Shown: in pieces, positions 9,271 through 18,042 of the stretch
Numbering within the stretch: position 1 is the first letter of the stretch
Layout: every line of letters starts with the position of its first letter
Virus record (IMG/VR): IMGVR_UViG_3300042567_001420
DNA from: a virus
Lineage: Duplodnaviria; Caudoviricetes
Length of the DNA stretch: 64,000 nt
Strand: one strand, 5' to 3'
The notes under the pieces: model-generated
The model's database searches: none
Seen by the model: only the letters and a program-made list of their open reading frames with translations
Told to the model about the DNA's origin: nothing
Program-made: the position numbers and the translations under genes

Positions 9271-10670
9271 TAGAAACCACTCGCAGGTGTAAAATTATAC
9301 ATTTGGCTCGAATATGCCCCATGCGAATTTGGTTTTGTTGCTATTCGAACTAGCATCGTAGGCTTACCGTCTTTTTCAACCCTATGTATGGACACGGCTG
9401 ATCCAGATCGATGTATTACAAATCTTGTATCTTTATGTTTTAATATAGCACCCAGTGGCGACTCACTGCCATGTTTAACTACTGCATGGATTTTCTTAAG
9501 GTCTTTTCCGTGTCCGGTTGCTTTGATCCAAGTCATACCTTTATCTGATACTAAATTATTATGCAACCATTGTCCTATATGTTGATGGCCCTTTGCCCCC
9601 TTTGACATAAGGTGTTCTAATTGTTTTTGTAATTCACGCGCAGTTTCCTCATTATTTTCTTTAAAATCTACATTCATTTTTTTGCCAAGTGCATTAACTA
9701 CCGGTTTGCCTGTTTTAGGATCCGGATCGGTAACTCTAGCGTGTATAGAATCACCTGTTTTAGATCTAGCTGGCAAATGATCCATTTTAAATTTTTTAAG
9801 TATTTTTTCTTTACCTGCTTTGGCAATTTCGTTTGCTTCAGATTTTCGTGTTGCCGGCCCACCTGATAAAAATTCATCTTGTCCGGCAACTCCGGGATTT
9901 TTTGCTGTAATATTACCAGAAGTTTTACCGGTAGACTTTGCGGACACTCCTAAATAAGACTGTTCTACGTCTGAATGTGTTAACTCTAAAGTTACATCTG
10001 ATGGATTTTCTTGACCATCGGTATGAACGCCTTTTGTAAATCTACCAATATCCCCATCTTTGGATGTTCTACCCACACGAGTTATTGTTGCTCCAGGATG
10101 ATGTTCTTCCACATGCTTAATTACGGCAGCTGCCATTGCTTTACCGTGAGCTGCTCTTATTGCTACTTGATTTTGATCTTGGCCTTTAGTAATTTTATTT
10201 AATTCATCATCATGCTGTTTTAATTCTGTTTTATGTTCTTTCGAACCAAATGTTCCTGTTTGGGAATGTCTATGATTTACTAATTCTTTATATAAATGAA
10301 TCTCAGCAATTTTTCCTGCAGGATCATTATCTAGTTTAGTTGGAGGTTCTCCGCTACTAGGAGTCACCGTCTGCATTTTTTCTTGAATGAATTCTACAGA
10401 TTCATTCAGCTTATCTTGTTGAACTTCTTTTCCTGCATGCATTAATTCTTCTTTACTTAAATTAGAAGTATGCGGAAAGGCAACAATCTTTGTGATTGCG
10501 TCTAAACTTTTATTGTGAAATATTGCGGTTTTGTGTTCCCCGTTTCGAAAAATATGAACGTCTACATCATGTCCATCATCTGTGGAATAACTATGATACG
10601 GGGTTAGATTTGAGAAATCATGAGATTCGATAAGCGCACTATACGCCTTGAATGTGATTAATTCTTGCAT
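9270..10670 (-). CDS. Hypothetical protein with possible PD-(D/E)xK nuclease-like domain
   Basis: SDVTL...YLGVSAK spacing. Confidence 0.45.
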   Translation of the reverse strand: MQELITFKAYSALIESHDFSNLTPYHSYSTDDGHDVDVHIFRNGEHKTAIFHNKSLDAITKIVAFPHTSNLSKEELMHAGKEVQQDKLNESVEFIQEKMQTVTPSSGEPPTKLDNDPAGKIAEIHLYKELVNHRHSQTGTFGSKEHKTELKQHDDELNKITKGQDQNQVAIRAAHGKAMAAAVIKHVEEHHPGATITRVGRTSKDGDIGRFTKGVHTDGQENPSDVTLELTHSDVEQSYLGVSAKSTGKTSGNITAKNPGVAGQDEFLSGGPATRKSEANEIAKAGKEKILKKFKMDHLPARSKTGDSIHARVTDPDPKTGKPVVNALGKKMNVDFKENNEETARELQKQLEHLMSKGAKGHQHIGQWLHNNLVSDKGMTWIKATGHGKDLKKIHAVVKHGSESPLGAILKHKDTRFVIHRSGSAVSIHRVEKDGKPTMLVRIATKPNSHGAYSSQMYNFTPASGF

Positions 10671-10699
10671 TTTGAGTCCATTGAAACGAATTATACTTA

Positions 10700-10707
10700 T
10701 ATTTATA
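10700..10707 (-). promoter_or_regulatory. T4-type late promoter TATAAATA
   Basis: Exact consensus upstream of 10670. Confidence 0.7.
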
Positions 10708-10764
10708 TAAATTAAAGTTGCGGAACTCGTAGGAAACCGGCGATTACTGCCGGCTTTAGTATAA

Positions 10765-11337
10765 TTAGATGTTAGTATTCCATGCTTTAATTACAGGATG
10801 CAGTACATCATCAGTATAATCCATCTTCATTGTGTTAACAATCGCCAGAATAATCTGAATATTGCCTTTGACATAACCCTTTTTAGAGTTAATACGATCT
10901 ACGCTAGGACGGAATGGGTTTCGATTGCCCTTTGTGCCCAGTTCCATACTAAAAGGAAGTTTGGTGATAGCACATTTACCTTCGCATGCGTCGAACTTGC
11001 TCTGAATATATTGCGGAGTAAGATTAAACGACATCTTACGACCTTTTTTCTCATGAGCAGCAACTCTATTCTTAAGAGCAACGTATTCAGTAATACCGAA
11101 TTTTTCAGGCGATGCTTTCTTTGCTCTATTCGCAATACGAGTTTTGACTCTAATTGCTGCTTTTTGCTCAGGAGTCAAGCTCTCTTTTTTCTTTTGATAA
11201 TCCCATTTACCAAATGCTGTAGCAATGGCATCCTCATCTGCAGTAAGTGGTCTGGCATCTAAACGTCTGATCTGATGTAGACGTTTTGCTTCTTTGCGAA
11301 CTTTGGGATCTTCAAAATTATACATAACCATCCACAT
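10765..11337 (-). CDS. HNH/His-Me-finger-like putative homing endonuclease
   Basis: CAITKLPF...PSVDRINSKKGYVKGNIQI...VNTMK. Confidence 0.65.
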   Translation of the reverse strand: MWMVMYNFEDPKVRKEAKRLHQIRRLDARPLTADEDAIATAFGKWDYQKKKESLTPEQKAAIRVKTRIANRAKKASPEKFGITEYVALKNRVAAHEKKGRKMSFNLTPQYIQSKFDACEGKCAITKLPFSMELGTKGNRNPFRPSVDRINSKKGYVKGNIQIILAIVNTMKMDYTDDVLHPVIKAWNTNI

Positions 11338-11608
11338 TACTTGCGTGATTAGGTTGATTGGAATTGCCGTAATCTACTTTATGAATTAGTTTTTCTGCAA
11401 TATGTCCGTTCATGCTGTCTTTTGCAATTTGATAAAATTCTTTAGTAGTAATTTCTCGGGTTGATACAATGGTCTCGCCTAAACATTTTTGGTCTAGTTC
11501 TTGAGCTTCTTGCATAACTACTGTGTCTTCAGCGTGTTCTGCTGACTCACACTCAATAGCATAGTAATGACGAAATGTAGTAATAGTTTCAACGATGAAT
11601 AGTGGCAT
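11318..11608 (-). CDS. Hypothetical protein
   Basis: 96-aa ORF in the operon direction. Confidence 0.55.
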   Translation of the reverse strand: MPLFIVETITTFRHYYAIECESAEHAEDTVVMQEAQELDQKCLGETIVSTREITTKEFYQIAKDSMNGHIAEKLIHKVDYGNSNQPNHASNVDGYV

Positions 11609-11697
11609 GATATACTTTAAAATTTATTCCGCTTACGCCATGCGGAAACACTTTATCGAATGTGGCTCGAATGGTAGAAGTGTTCGACTCGAGTTAA

Positions 11698-11949
11698 TTA
11701 AGCACGAGTGAAAGCATCGCTACCCATAGTAGCATAAGCTGCTGCTACCATTGTGCGGGATGGGGTACCCAAGCGATATGCTGTTTTACCATTCTTAGTA
11801 GAATTGGTATAGATTGCGTGACCTTCAGAACGAAGCTCACTGATACGAGGACGAACGCTGCCCTCAGTTGTGCCAGTCAAACCTGCCAATTGGGCGGGTG
11901 TGAATTGACGACCAGACAAAAGAACTTTCAATACACGGTCTTTAACCAT
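11698..11949 (-). CDS. Winged helix-turn-helix DNA-binding protein
   Basis: TPAQLAGLTGTTEGSVRPRISELRSEGHAI. Confidence 0.7.
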   Translation of the reverse strand: MVKDRVLKVLLSGRQFTPAQLAGLTGTTEGSVRPRISELRSEGHAIYTNSTKNGKTAYRLGTPSRTMVAAAYATMGSDAFTRA

Positions 11950-12023
11950 ATAATATCTCCATTAAATAAACAGTCGCTTCAAAATATATCAGTAACGGCG
12001 ACTTTTCATTACTGTATATAACT

Positions 12024-12052
12024 ATTATACAGCATTTAGCTGTATCTGTCAA
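12024..12052 (-). promoter_or_regulatory. sigma70-type early promoter
   Basis: TTGACA-N17-TATAAT exact. Confidence 0.85.
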
Positions 12053-12060
12053 GCACTTAG

Positions 12061-12282
12061 TTAGCCTTTTTGTGGCTTCTTGACCTTGTTCAAATATTCT
12101 CTACCAATAAAACCCTGCTCAACTTCATTCAAAGCAGTTACAATTGGCTTATGATGTTTTGCATCAATTTTTGGTGCATATCCTTTGCGCAATTCTCTGG
12201 CGCGAGCTGATGCAATTAGCACCAGATCATACCGATTACCTACCATGTTAACTGCATCTTCTGATGTGATTTGATTTGACAT
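12061..12282 (-). CDS. rpoZ: RNA polymerase omega subunit homologue
   Basis: ITSEDAV...NRYDLVLIASARAREL..G...KP.V.AL.E. Confidence 0.85.
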   Translation of the reverse strand: MSNQITSEDAVNMVGNRYDLVLIASARARELRKGYAPKIDAKHHKPIVTALNEVEQGFIGREYLNKVKKPQKG

Positions 12283-12752
12283 TATGCTACCTTTACGATT
12301 TCTTTTAAACGATCTGCACAGTATGTTGCCGCGAATGCTTTTGGTTTAACAAAAGGAACCACATTACACATACCCTTAATATACCCAATGGCTTCACCTA
12401 CAACGCAAGAAGAGCCAAACATTTCATCTGGGTTAATATCTAAATGAACTTCAATTGGTCTATCATCAATTAGTTTTTCCAATTCAAGATATAAATTTGC
12501 AATTTTGATTACTTCATTCATCAAACGCATACGAGGTTTGTTTTTACGTTGGTCATAATCTTTTTCGGTTTGAACTTCTCCAAAAATTTTACAACCATGT
12601 TTACCATCAATATGAACTACAATTGCCAAAGTATAATCGGCAAACCACATATCATTTTTACGGAAACGTTCTGAATCGCAACCAATATAAATTTTTGTAT
12701 CTGGACCTTGAGCATCAATATACTCTTTAATTTTTACGAAATCGAATTTCAT
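12282..12752 (-). CDS. RNase H-like YkuK family protein
   Basis: KIYIGCDS, RLMNEV, VHLDINPD, VKPKAFAATYCADR. Confidence 0.75.
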   Translation of the reverse strand: MKFDFVKIKEYIDAQGPDTKIYIGCDSERFRKNDMWFADYTLAIVVHIDGKHGCKIFGEVQTEKDYDQRKNKPRMRLMNEVIKIANLYLELEKLIDDRPIEVHLDINPDEMFGSSCVVGEAIGYIKGMCNVVPFVKPKAFAATYCADRLKEIVKVA

Positions 12753-12761
12753 TTTTATTCC

Positions 12762-12835
12762 TGGAGCGGGGTAGGAGAATCGAACTCCTCGCTTTAGCTT
12801 GGAAGGCTAAGGTATTACCACTATACGAACCCCGC
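12762..12835 (-). tRNA. tRNA-Gly(TCC)
   Basis: Cloverleaf, loop CTTCCAA, CCA end. Confidence 0.9.
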
Positions 12836-12837
12836 AT

Positions 12838-13617
12838 TTACAATATTACTTCATTTGTTTTGCGCATATCTGCACAAGTATACTCCTGATAACTTGCCTT
12901 TAAAATTTCTGGCATCGGAATAATTTCAATCTCCGCATGATATTCTTCTGCAACCATATCCGCAACATCATAAAAACTCATAGTTTTACCTGTGCCCATA
13001 TTAAAGATTCCAGATCTACTTGATTCTAAAAACTTTAAATGATAATCCACAATAGATTTCACATGAACAAAATCTCTACGATAATTTTCACTATTCTCAA
13101 ATAATTTAATCTTACCTGTTTCTATGGCTTGTTTCTTAAACTGAGCAAATGGGCTTGCCTGATTGCCTTTATGTTCTTCACCTTCCCAAGCCCATACATT
13201 AAAATATCTAAATCCTTGCACAATGGGACTATCATGATGATGTTGTTTTACATATCTTTCAAACAAATACTTTGACCAAGCATAAGGCGTTCTTGGATCC
13301 AACGGAGAATTTTCGCAAAACTCTTTATTCAATCCATACACACTTGCAGAACTAGAATACTGTAAATTAACTCCGAATGTTTTACACTCATCGTATAAAT
13401 CCATGGAGAATTCGTAATTTTGTCTTAGTACTTTATCAATATCTTTTTCGGTTGTTGAACTAATAGCACCAGCATGAATAACCCATTCAAAATCCATAAC
13501 ACCTGGTCTCGGACCATCATCATATTCATACGTTGCAACATCATCACCTCGATCGCGCAAGGCCGTCAATAGTCTAGAACCAATAAATCCTCTATGACCT
13601 GTTAGCAATATTTTCAT
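12838..13617 (-). CDS. hldD: ADP-L-glycero-D-manno-heptose 6-epimerase-like SDR
   Basis: TGHRGFIG, YSSSASVYG, YAWSK, RYFNVW, RDFVHV, YQEYTCAD. Confidence 0.75.
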   Translation of the reverse strand: MKILLTGHRGFIGSRLLTALRDRGDDVATYEYDDGPRPGVMDFEWVIHAGAISSTTEKDIDKVLRQNYEFSMDLYDECKTFGVNLQYSSSASVYGLNKEFCENSPLDPRTPYAWSKYLFERYVKQHHHDSPIVQGFRYFNVWAWEGEEHKGNQASPFAQFKKQAIETGKIKLFENSENYRRDFVHVKSIVDYHLKFLESSRSGIFNMGTGKTMSFYDVADMVAEEYHAEIEIIPMPEILKASYQEYTCADMRKTNEVIL

Positions 13618-13906
13618 TGTAATATACCTCGCTGTTTACCGCTTTATCATCGATCCAAATATCGTATGCGGGTTTACCTAATTTTAATGTTGTATACTTA
13701 ACTTGCCAGTTGGCAAATTGTTGTCTTGTAAGAGTTGTCCAATCAATACCAGAGTTACCACCTCTTGCTGTCCAATAATGAATCTCATTTCCCGCATCAA
13801 ACAGTTTATTAAAATGTGCAATTCGATCCGCAAAAGGTTGAGCACTATGATAATCACCTACAGTATTACTACAAATTGTGCCATCAATATCTACAAGGTA
13901 TTTCAT
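13592..13906 (-). CDS. Small HAD-superfamily phosphatase
   Basis: VDIDGTI, TARG, GKP...IDDK. Confidence 0.8.
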   Translation of the reverse strand: MKYLVDIDGTICSNTVGDYHSAQPFADRIAHFNKLFDAGNEIHYWTARGGNSGIDWTTLTRQQFANWQVKYTTLKLGKPAYDIWIDDKAVNSEVYYNENIANRS

Positions 13907-14259
13907 GTCTGACTATCTCCAGGTGCAACTCTATAATTATCTTCTACCGAATCAGGTGTACTAACTTCAATGATAGTACCTTCTTCCTGACAAACCAATT
14001 GATGCGGTAAACATGGAGGATTGTGCCAAGTATCGCCCGATTTAAGATACTTAATTTGTTCTTTGGCTGTTTTGGTATCAATCCATTTGACAAAGAATAA
14101 CCCGTCAAGTACATACCATGATTCATCTTTTTCAGAATGAAAGTGCATACTAAATTTTGCACCAGAGTTGAACTTCATCAACTTGCCGCAATATTTATCG
14201 TTAGTAGCCCAGATTAATTCGTGACCCCAACCTTTTTTAACAAAACCCTCAAGCCTCAT
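13903..14259 (-). CDS. Cupin (sugar-phosphate isomerase-like) protein
   Basis: KKGWGHE, SMHFHSEKDESW, PHQL, EVSTPD. Confidence 0.75.
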   Translation of the reverse strand: MRLEGFVKKGWGHELIWATNDKYCGKLMKFNSGAKFSMHFHSEKDESWYVLDGLFFVKWIDTKTAKEQIKYLKSGDTWHNPPCLPHQLVCQEEGTIIEVSTPDSVEDNYRVAPGDSQT

Positions 14260-15035
14260 TTTATTTCCTTTAGTGTAGGTGCATAATTGCCAACATGCTG
14301 TACTGTAATTGACGATGCTTTATTTGCAAATCTGATTGCATCTTCAATACTATTCGTCACCAGATATTGATAAGCTAAGGCGGCTAAGAATGTATCACCT
14401 GCCCCACACGCATCAAGAACATCAACTTTTTTGGTTGCGTAATTTGTGTTGACATACTCACTCCGTAACATTGCACCATTGGCACCCAACGTCACAATCA
14501 TATCCCATGCATACGACTCAGCCGCTTCAAATTCTTTTTCGTTGATTTTAACGTAAGCACCATTAAACGCTTCTAAGTTTCTTTTCTTCGTATCGATAAA
14601 AACTGGCCCATTAAAATTGTGAATCAGATTTTGAATGTGTTCGTAAGTTAAAAAGCCTTTATTGTAATCAGACACAACAACAGCATCATAACCTTCCGTA
14701 TCTACAATTCCATCCCATGGCTCTATCTTTGGCTCATCATCTATTCTAACAATTTGATATCCAGATTTTTCGTCTATGATTCTAGTCTTTGTGATCCTAG
14801 GTTCACCATTAATGCCAGCAGACGGATTTGAAATTATGGTTGTGTTACACCCAAGTTTATGCAGATTGCTATGGACATTTCGTGCCATACCAAGTCTGGT
14901 TTCTTTTCGTGTTAGTTTGATTATGGGAATTGGGGCTTCTGGACTCAATCTATCGATTGTTCCATATTGATAAACATCTATGCAAGAATCACCGAGCAAT
15001 AATATTTTGAATTGTTTTTGTTGTTGAATATCCAT
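14256..15035 (-). CDS. PfkB family kinase, HldE/RfaE domain I-like (heptose-7-phosphate kinase)
   Basis: LLGDSCIDVY, RLSPEAPIP, SDYNKG, DACGAGDTF. Confidence 0.8.
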   Translation of the reverse strand: MDIQQQKQFKILLLGDSCIDVYQYGTIDRLSPEAPIPIIKLTRKETRLGMARNVHSNLHKLGCNTTIISNPSAGINGEPRITKTRIIDEKSGYQIVRIDDEPKIEPWDGIVDTEGYDAVVVSDYNKGFLTYEHIQNLIHNFNGPVFIDTKKRNLEAFNGAYVKINEKEFEAAESYAWDMIVTLGANGAMLRSEYVNTNYATKKVDVLDACGAGDTFLAALAYQYLVTNSIEDAIRFANKASSITVQHVGNYAPTLKEIK

Positions 15036-15384
15036 TTACCAAATCCACAAATCTAATCTCTTTACAATATTGACTTCCCACAATAGGCTTATCTTTATAA
15101 TCACTACCCTTAACCATTATAGGGGAATACTGTTTACAAAGCATTTCTAATTCTTTAGCTGAATCAAATATATGAACAGCACTAACTGCTCTTAAATTTT
15201 GTAACAGATGTTTTCTATCATCTTGATTATTAATAGGTCTACTATTGCCTTTTAATTCTTTAACTCGTCTATCCGAATCAATACAGACTATAAGTTGTTG
15301 ACCACAACCTCTGGCATAATTAAGTAATTCGATATGTCCTCTATGGACAATATCAAAGGTGCCGTTGACAAGAATATTAATCAT
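14989..15384 (-). CDS. Heptose-1-phosphate adenylyltransferase-like, HldE/RfaE domain II
   Basis: NGTFDIVHRGH, KGNSRPIN, VKGSDY, GYSTT. Confidence 0.85.
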   Translation of the reverse strand: MINILVNGTFDIVHRGHIELLNYARGCGQQLIVCIDSDRRVKELKGNSRPINNQDDRKHLLQNLRAVSAVHIFDSAKELEMLCKQYSPIMVKGSDYKDKPIVGSQYCKEIRFVDLVNGYSTTKTIQNIIAR

Positions 15385-15390
15385 ATAAAA

Positions 15391-15467
<77 letters not shown>

Positions 15468-15484
15468 GTTGTTTCTATTAAAAA

Positions 15485-15569
15485 TGGTACCTGAGACCGG
15501 AATCGAACCGGTACACCTTGCGGCGAGAGATTTTAAGTCTCTTGTGTCTACCTATTTCACCACTCAGGC
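15485..15569 (-). tRNA. tRNA-Leu(TAA)
   Basis: Cloverleaf with long variable arm. Confidence 0.9.
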
Positions 15570-15575
15570 GTTTGG

Positions 15576-15872
15576 TTATCCTCGGTAGTCTACATCTATT
15601 TCCGACCAAGTACGCAGCTTATCGAATTTTCTTTGTTTAAACTGAATTACATTATTATAAGAAATAACTTTGTGCGAATCTAACAATTCAATCATTGCGA
15701 GAACATCGCCCAATTCTTCTTCAAGATGGTTTGTATTTGTTTTGCTTGGGGTATTTGGATGTGTATCAAACAATCCGAATCGAAATACTTTCGATGTTGC
15801 TTGAATTACTTCTGCGCATTCTTCTTGTAAAATCTGAAGAATGGCTGCTTGATCTTTGTTAAGTTCATTCAT
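15576..15872 (-). CDS. MazG-like NTP pyrophosphohydrolase
   Basis: LQEECAEVIQA...LEEELGDVL. Confidence 0.8.
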   Translation of the reverse strand: MNELNKDQAAILQILQEECAEVIQATSKVFRFGLFDTHPNTPSKTNTNHLEEELGDVLAMIELLDSHKVISYNNVIQFKQRKFDKLRTWSEIDVDYRG

Positions 15873-15891
15873 ATTGTCACCTTAAAAATAT

Positions 15892-15920
15892 ATTATAACA
15901 GAATACGTGTTATATGTCAA
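15892..15920 (-). promoter_or_regulatory. sigma70-type early promoter
   Basis: TTGACA-N17-TATAAT with TG extended -10. Confidence 0.85.
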
Positions 15921-16348
15921 GCATATTCGTAATTTACGGTATCCAAATTCTTTCTAAATTCTGTCGCACCGTTTTTCAAATGGAATCGTTTGGCCATTTC
16001 AGTAGGTGGGCTTAGTGTAACAAATCTTTTTATACTTGGACGAGTACTTGTTATATGGTCTCTGGCTTTAAAGATAAGTTCGCGACCTGCACCCGGAGTA
16101 TAACTCCATATGGTGTAGAATATAACGGTATCTGGTTCAGCGGGTTTGAAGAAAAGTTCCTCGCAGGTTGTCGGGATGCTGTCCATATAGGCAACACATA
16201 CTACTGCTTGCGGTTTTTCATCTTTGAGGAGTATGAGAACTTCCCTATTTTCGGTGATTCGAAAAGCGACGGGAATCTCAGGGCGGACAGGGTCGTCTTC
16301 GATTACTCGAAGAATCGGATCATCTAAATTTTGTGGTTTATATATCAT
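15917..16348 (-). CDS. Hypothetical protein, possibly GNAT-like
   Basis: FYTIWSYTPGAGRELI...AKRFHLKNG; TATAAATA at 16371-16378. Confidence 0.5.
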   Translation of the reverse strand: MIYKPQNLDDPILRVIEDDPVRPEIPVAFRITENREVLILLKDEKPQAVVCVAYMDSIPTTCEELFFKPAEPDTVIFYTIWSYTPGAGRELIFKARDHITSTRPSIKRFVTLSPPTEMAKRFHLKNGATEFRKNLDTVNYEYA

Positions 16349-16451
16349 AACTAAGTCCCGGTGTCAATTATATTTATACCGGCCATATAGGGTTATTTAA
16401 CTTTTTCAAACTTTATTTTTGCCGATAAATATAAAAACTATTTTATCTATT

Positions 16452-17018
16452 ATGAATCCATACGAAGAACTTGGCGTTTCAAAAAATGCATCTACCGAAG
16501 ACATAAGACAACGGTATAGGACGCTTGCGCAATTCCATCATCCTGACAAAGGAGGAGATGAGGAAGTATTCAAACGCATAAAACTTGCATATGAAATTCT
16601 AAGCGATTTTATTCGTAGAAAAGAATATGATAAAACAGGAAATATTTTAGAATCTCGTGGCACCAGAGGTGAAGCGCTTGAACGTATTGCTCAAATGCTA
16701 TTTAGTATTGTTCCAAACTTTAATCCAGAACATGATAATTTAATTGTACTAATGACTAACGAAGTCATAGCTGTCAAAAATGGGGTGATGCAAAATATAG
16801 ATAGTTGCAATAATCATTTGCAAAAACTCAGTAGGGTTATTGAACGTCTTTCTATTAAGACTGCGGATGAGAATATCATATTGCAGTTCCTAGAAAAGCA
16901 TGTGGAAATTCGCAAACAAGAGAATCTAGAATTAAAAAGAAGACTAGAAGTCTGCGATGTTGTTATCGAAATACTAAAAGATTACGAATACGGGCTAATT
17001 AGCTTGCCCGATATGTAA
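16452..17018 (+). CDS. DnaJ-domain protein
   Basis: NPYEELGV...YRTLAQFHHPDKGGD (HPD motif); ATG at 16452. Confidence 0.85.
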   Translation: MNPYEELGVSKNASTEDIRQRYRTLAQFHHPDKGGDEEVFKRIKLAYEILSDFIRRKEYDKTGNILESRGTRGEALERIAQMLFSIVPNFNPEHDNLIVLMTNEVIAVKNGVMQNIDSCNNHLQKLSRVIERLSIKTADENIILQFLEKHVEIRKQENLELKRRLEVCDVVIEILKDYEYGLISLPDM

Positions 17019-17107
17019 TGGCGGAGAGTGTGGGAATCGAACCCACTCACCGGTATAAGCCGATGACAGATTAGCAATCTGCTGCATTACCATCCTGCCC
17101 ACTCTCC
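17019..17107 (-). tRNA. tRNA-Ser(GCT)
   Basis: Cloverleaf, long variable arm. Confidence 0.9.
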
Positions 17108-17111
17108 TATA

Positions 17112-17199
17112 TGGCGGAAACGGTGAGATTCGAACTCACGGATCCTTTCGAATCGCTAGTTTTCAAGACTAGAGCCATAGACCACTCGACCACATTTCC
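17112..17199 (-). tRNA. tRNA-Ser(TGA)
   Basis: Cloverleaf, long variable arm. Confidence 0.9.
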
Positions 17200-17378
17200 T
17201 AAATTCTTTTTTCTTCTACTTGTCGTAACGAATCTTTTCGGATTAGAAATTTTCTGCTATTCTCGATACGCCTAACGTGCAAATACTCTACTCCATCAAT
17301 CAATTGTACATTCTTTAAATTGTCACAATAAAACTTTTCAGTCTTATTGAATTGATTTTCAAATATAACTACTTTCAT
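17199..17378 (-). CDS. Hypothetical protein (59 aa)
   Basis: MKVVIFEN start with AAAGGAG Shine-Dalgarno; the track's longer start overlaps a tRNA. Confidence 0.6.
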   Translation of the reverse strand: MKVVIFENQFNKTEKFYCDNLKNVQLIDGVEYLHVRRIENSRKFLIRKDSLRQVEEKRI

Positions 17379-17393
17379 ATTTGCTCCTTTAAA

Positions 17394-17470
17394 TGGCCGG
17401 ACCGGAGAGATTCGAACTCCCAACCTCAAGTTTCGAAGACTTGCTTTCTATCCAATTGAATTACGGTCCG
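17394..17470 (-). tRNA. tRNA-Arg(TCG)
   Basis: Cloverleaf, loop CTTCGAA. Confidence 0.85.
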
Positions 17471-17472
17471 TT

Positions 17473-17546
17473 TGGCAGAGGGTACAAGAATCGAACTTGT
17501 GATCTCGGAATCAAAATCCGATGTTATGCCATTTAACTAACCCCCA
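17473..17546 (-). tRNA. tRNA-Gln(TTG)
   Basis: Cloverleaf, loop TTTTGAT. Confidence 0.85.
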
Positions 17547-17549
17547 ATA

Positions 17550-17819
17550 TTATTCTTCTTCAATAACAGCAAGAACATCTTCTTCATTAATAATGCCTAA
17601 GAATTCTTCACCATTTTTGAATGGTTTTACTTTGCTCCATGACAAGTAAATTTTATCGCCTGCTTTTACTTCTTGAACATCTGGCCCTACAGAAACAACA
17701 ATACTAATTCTAGTATCATTAGATGCAAGTGCACCTTGTAGGATAATGCCACTTTCAGTTTCTTCAGGAAGTTTTTCTTCGCGAATAACAATACGATCAT
17801 GCAATGGAATAAAGTTCAT
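17550..17819 (-). CDS. groES: Co-chaperonin GroES
   Basis: FIPLHDRIVIR, ESGIIL, VVSVGP, EEDVLAVIE. Confidence 0.9.
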   Translation of the reverse strand: MNFIPLHDRIVIREEKLPEETESGIILQGALASNDTRISIVVSVGPDVQEVKAGDKIYLSWSKVKPFKNGEEFLGIINEEDVLAVIEEE

Positions 17820-17842
17820 AATTTTCTTTCTAAAAAATAAAG

Positions 17843-17917
17843 TGGTCCGGCGACCAGGAATCGAACCTGGATTGATAGCTTAGAAGGCTACTGTTCTATC
17901 CATTGAACTACCGCCAG
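17843..17917 (-). tRNA. tRNA-Arg(TCT)
   Basis: Cloverleaf. Confidence 0.9.
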
Positions 17918-17923
17918 ATGTTT

Positions 17924-17998
17924 TGGTGCCGACTATCGGATTCGAACTGATGACCTATCGCTTACAAGGCGATTGCACTACCACTGTGCTAAGTCGGC
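17924..17998 (-). tRNA. tRNA-Thr(TGT)
   Basis: Cloverleaf. Confidence 0.9.
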
Positions 17999-18005
17999 AA
18001 AATTT

Positions 18006-18034
18006 ATTATAACATACTAGACATCATATGTCAA
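18006..18034 (-). promoter_or_regulatory. sigma70-type early promoter
   Basis: TTGACA-N17-TATAAT with TG extended -10. Confidence 0.85.
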
Positions 18035-18042
18035 GCATTATT

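Noticed and set aside
16419-16451. Longer start for the DnaJ gene, and similar upstream extensions at 25266, 26826, 29288, 31616, 35594, 36308, 59813
   Set aside because: Downstream ATGs fit domain boundaries, signal peptides or stop/start overlaps better.
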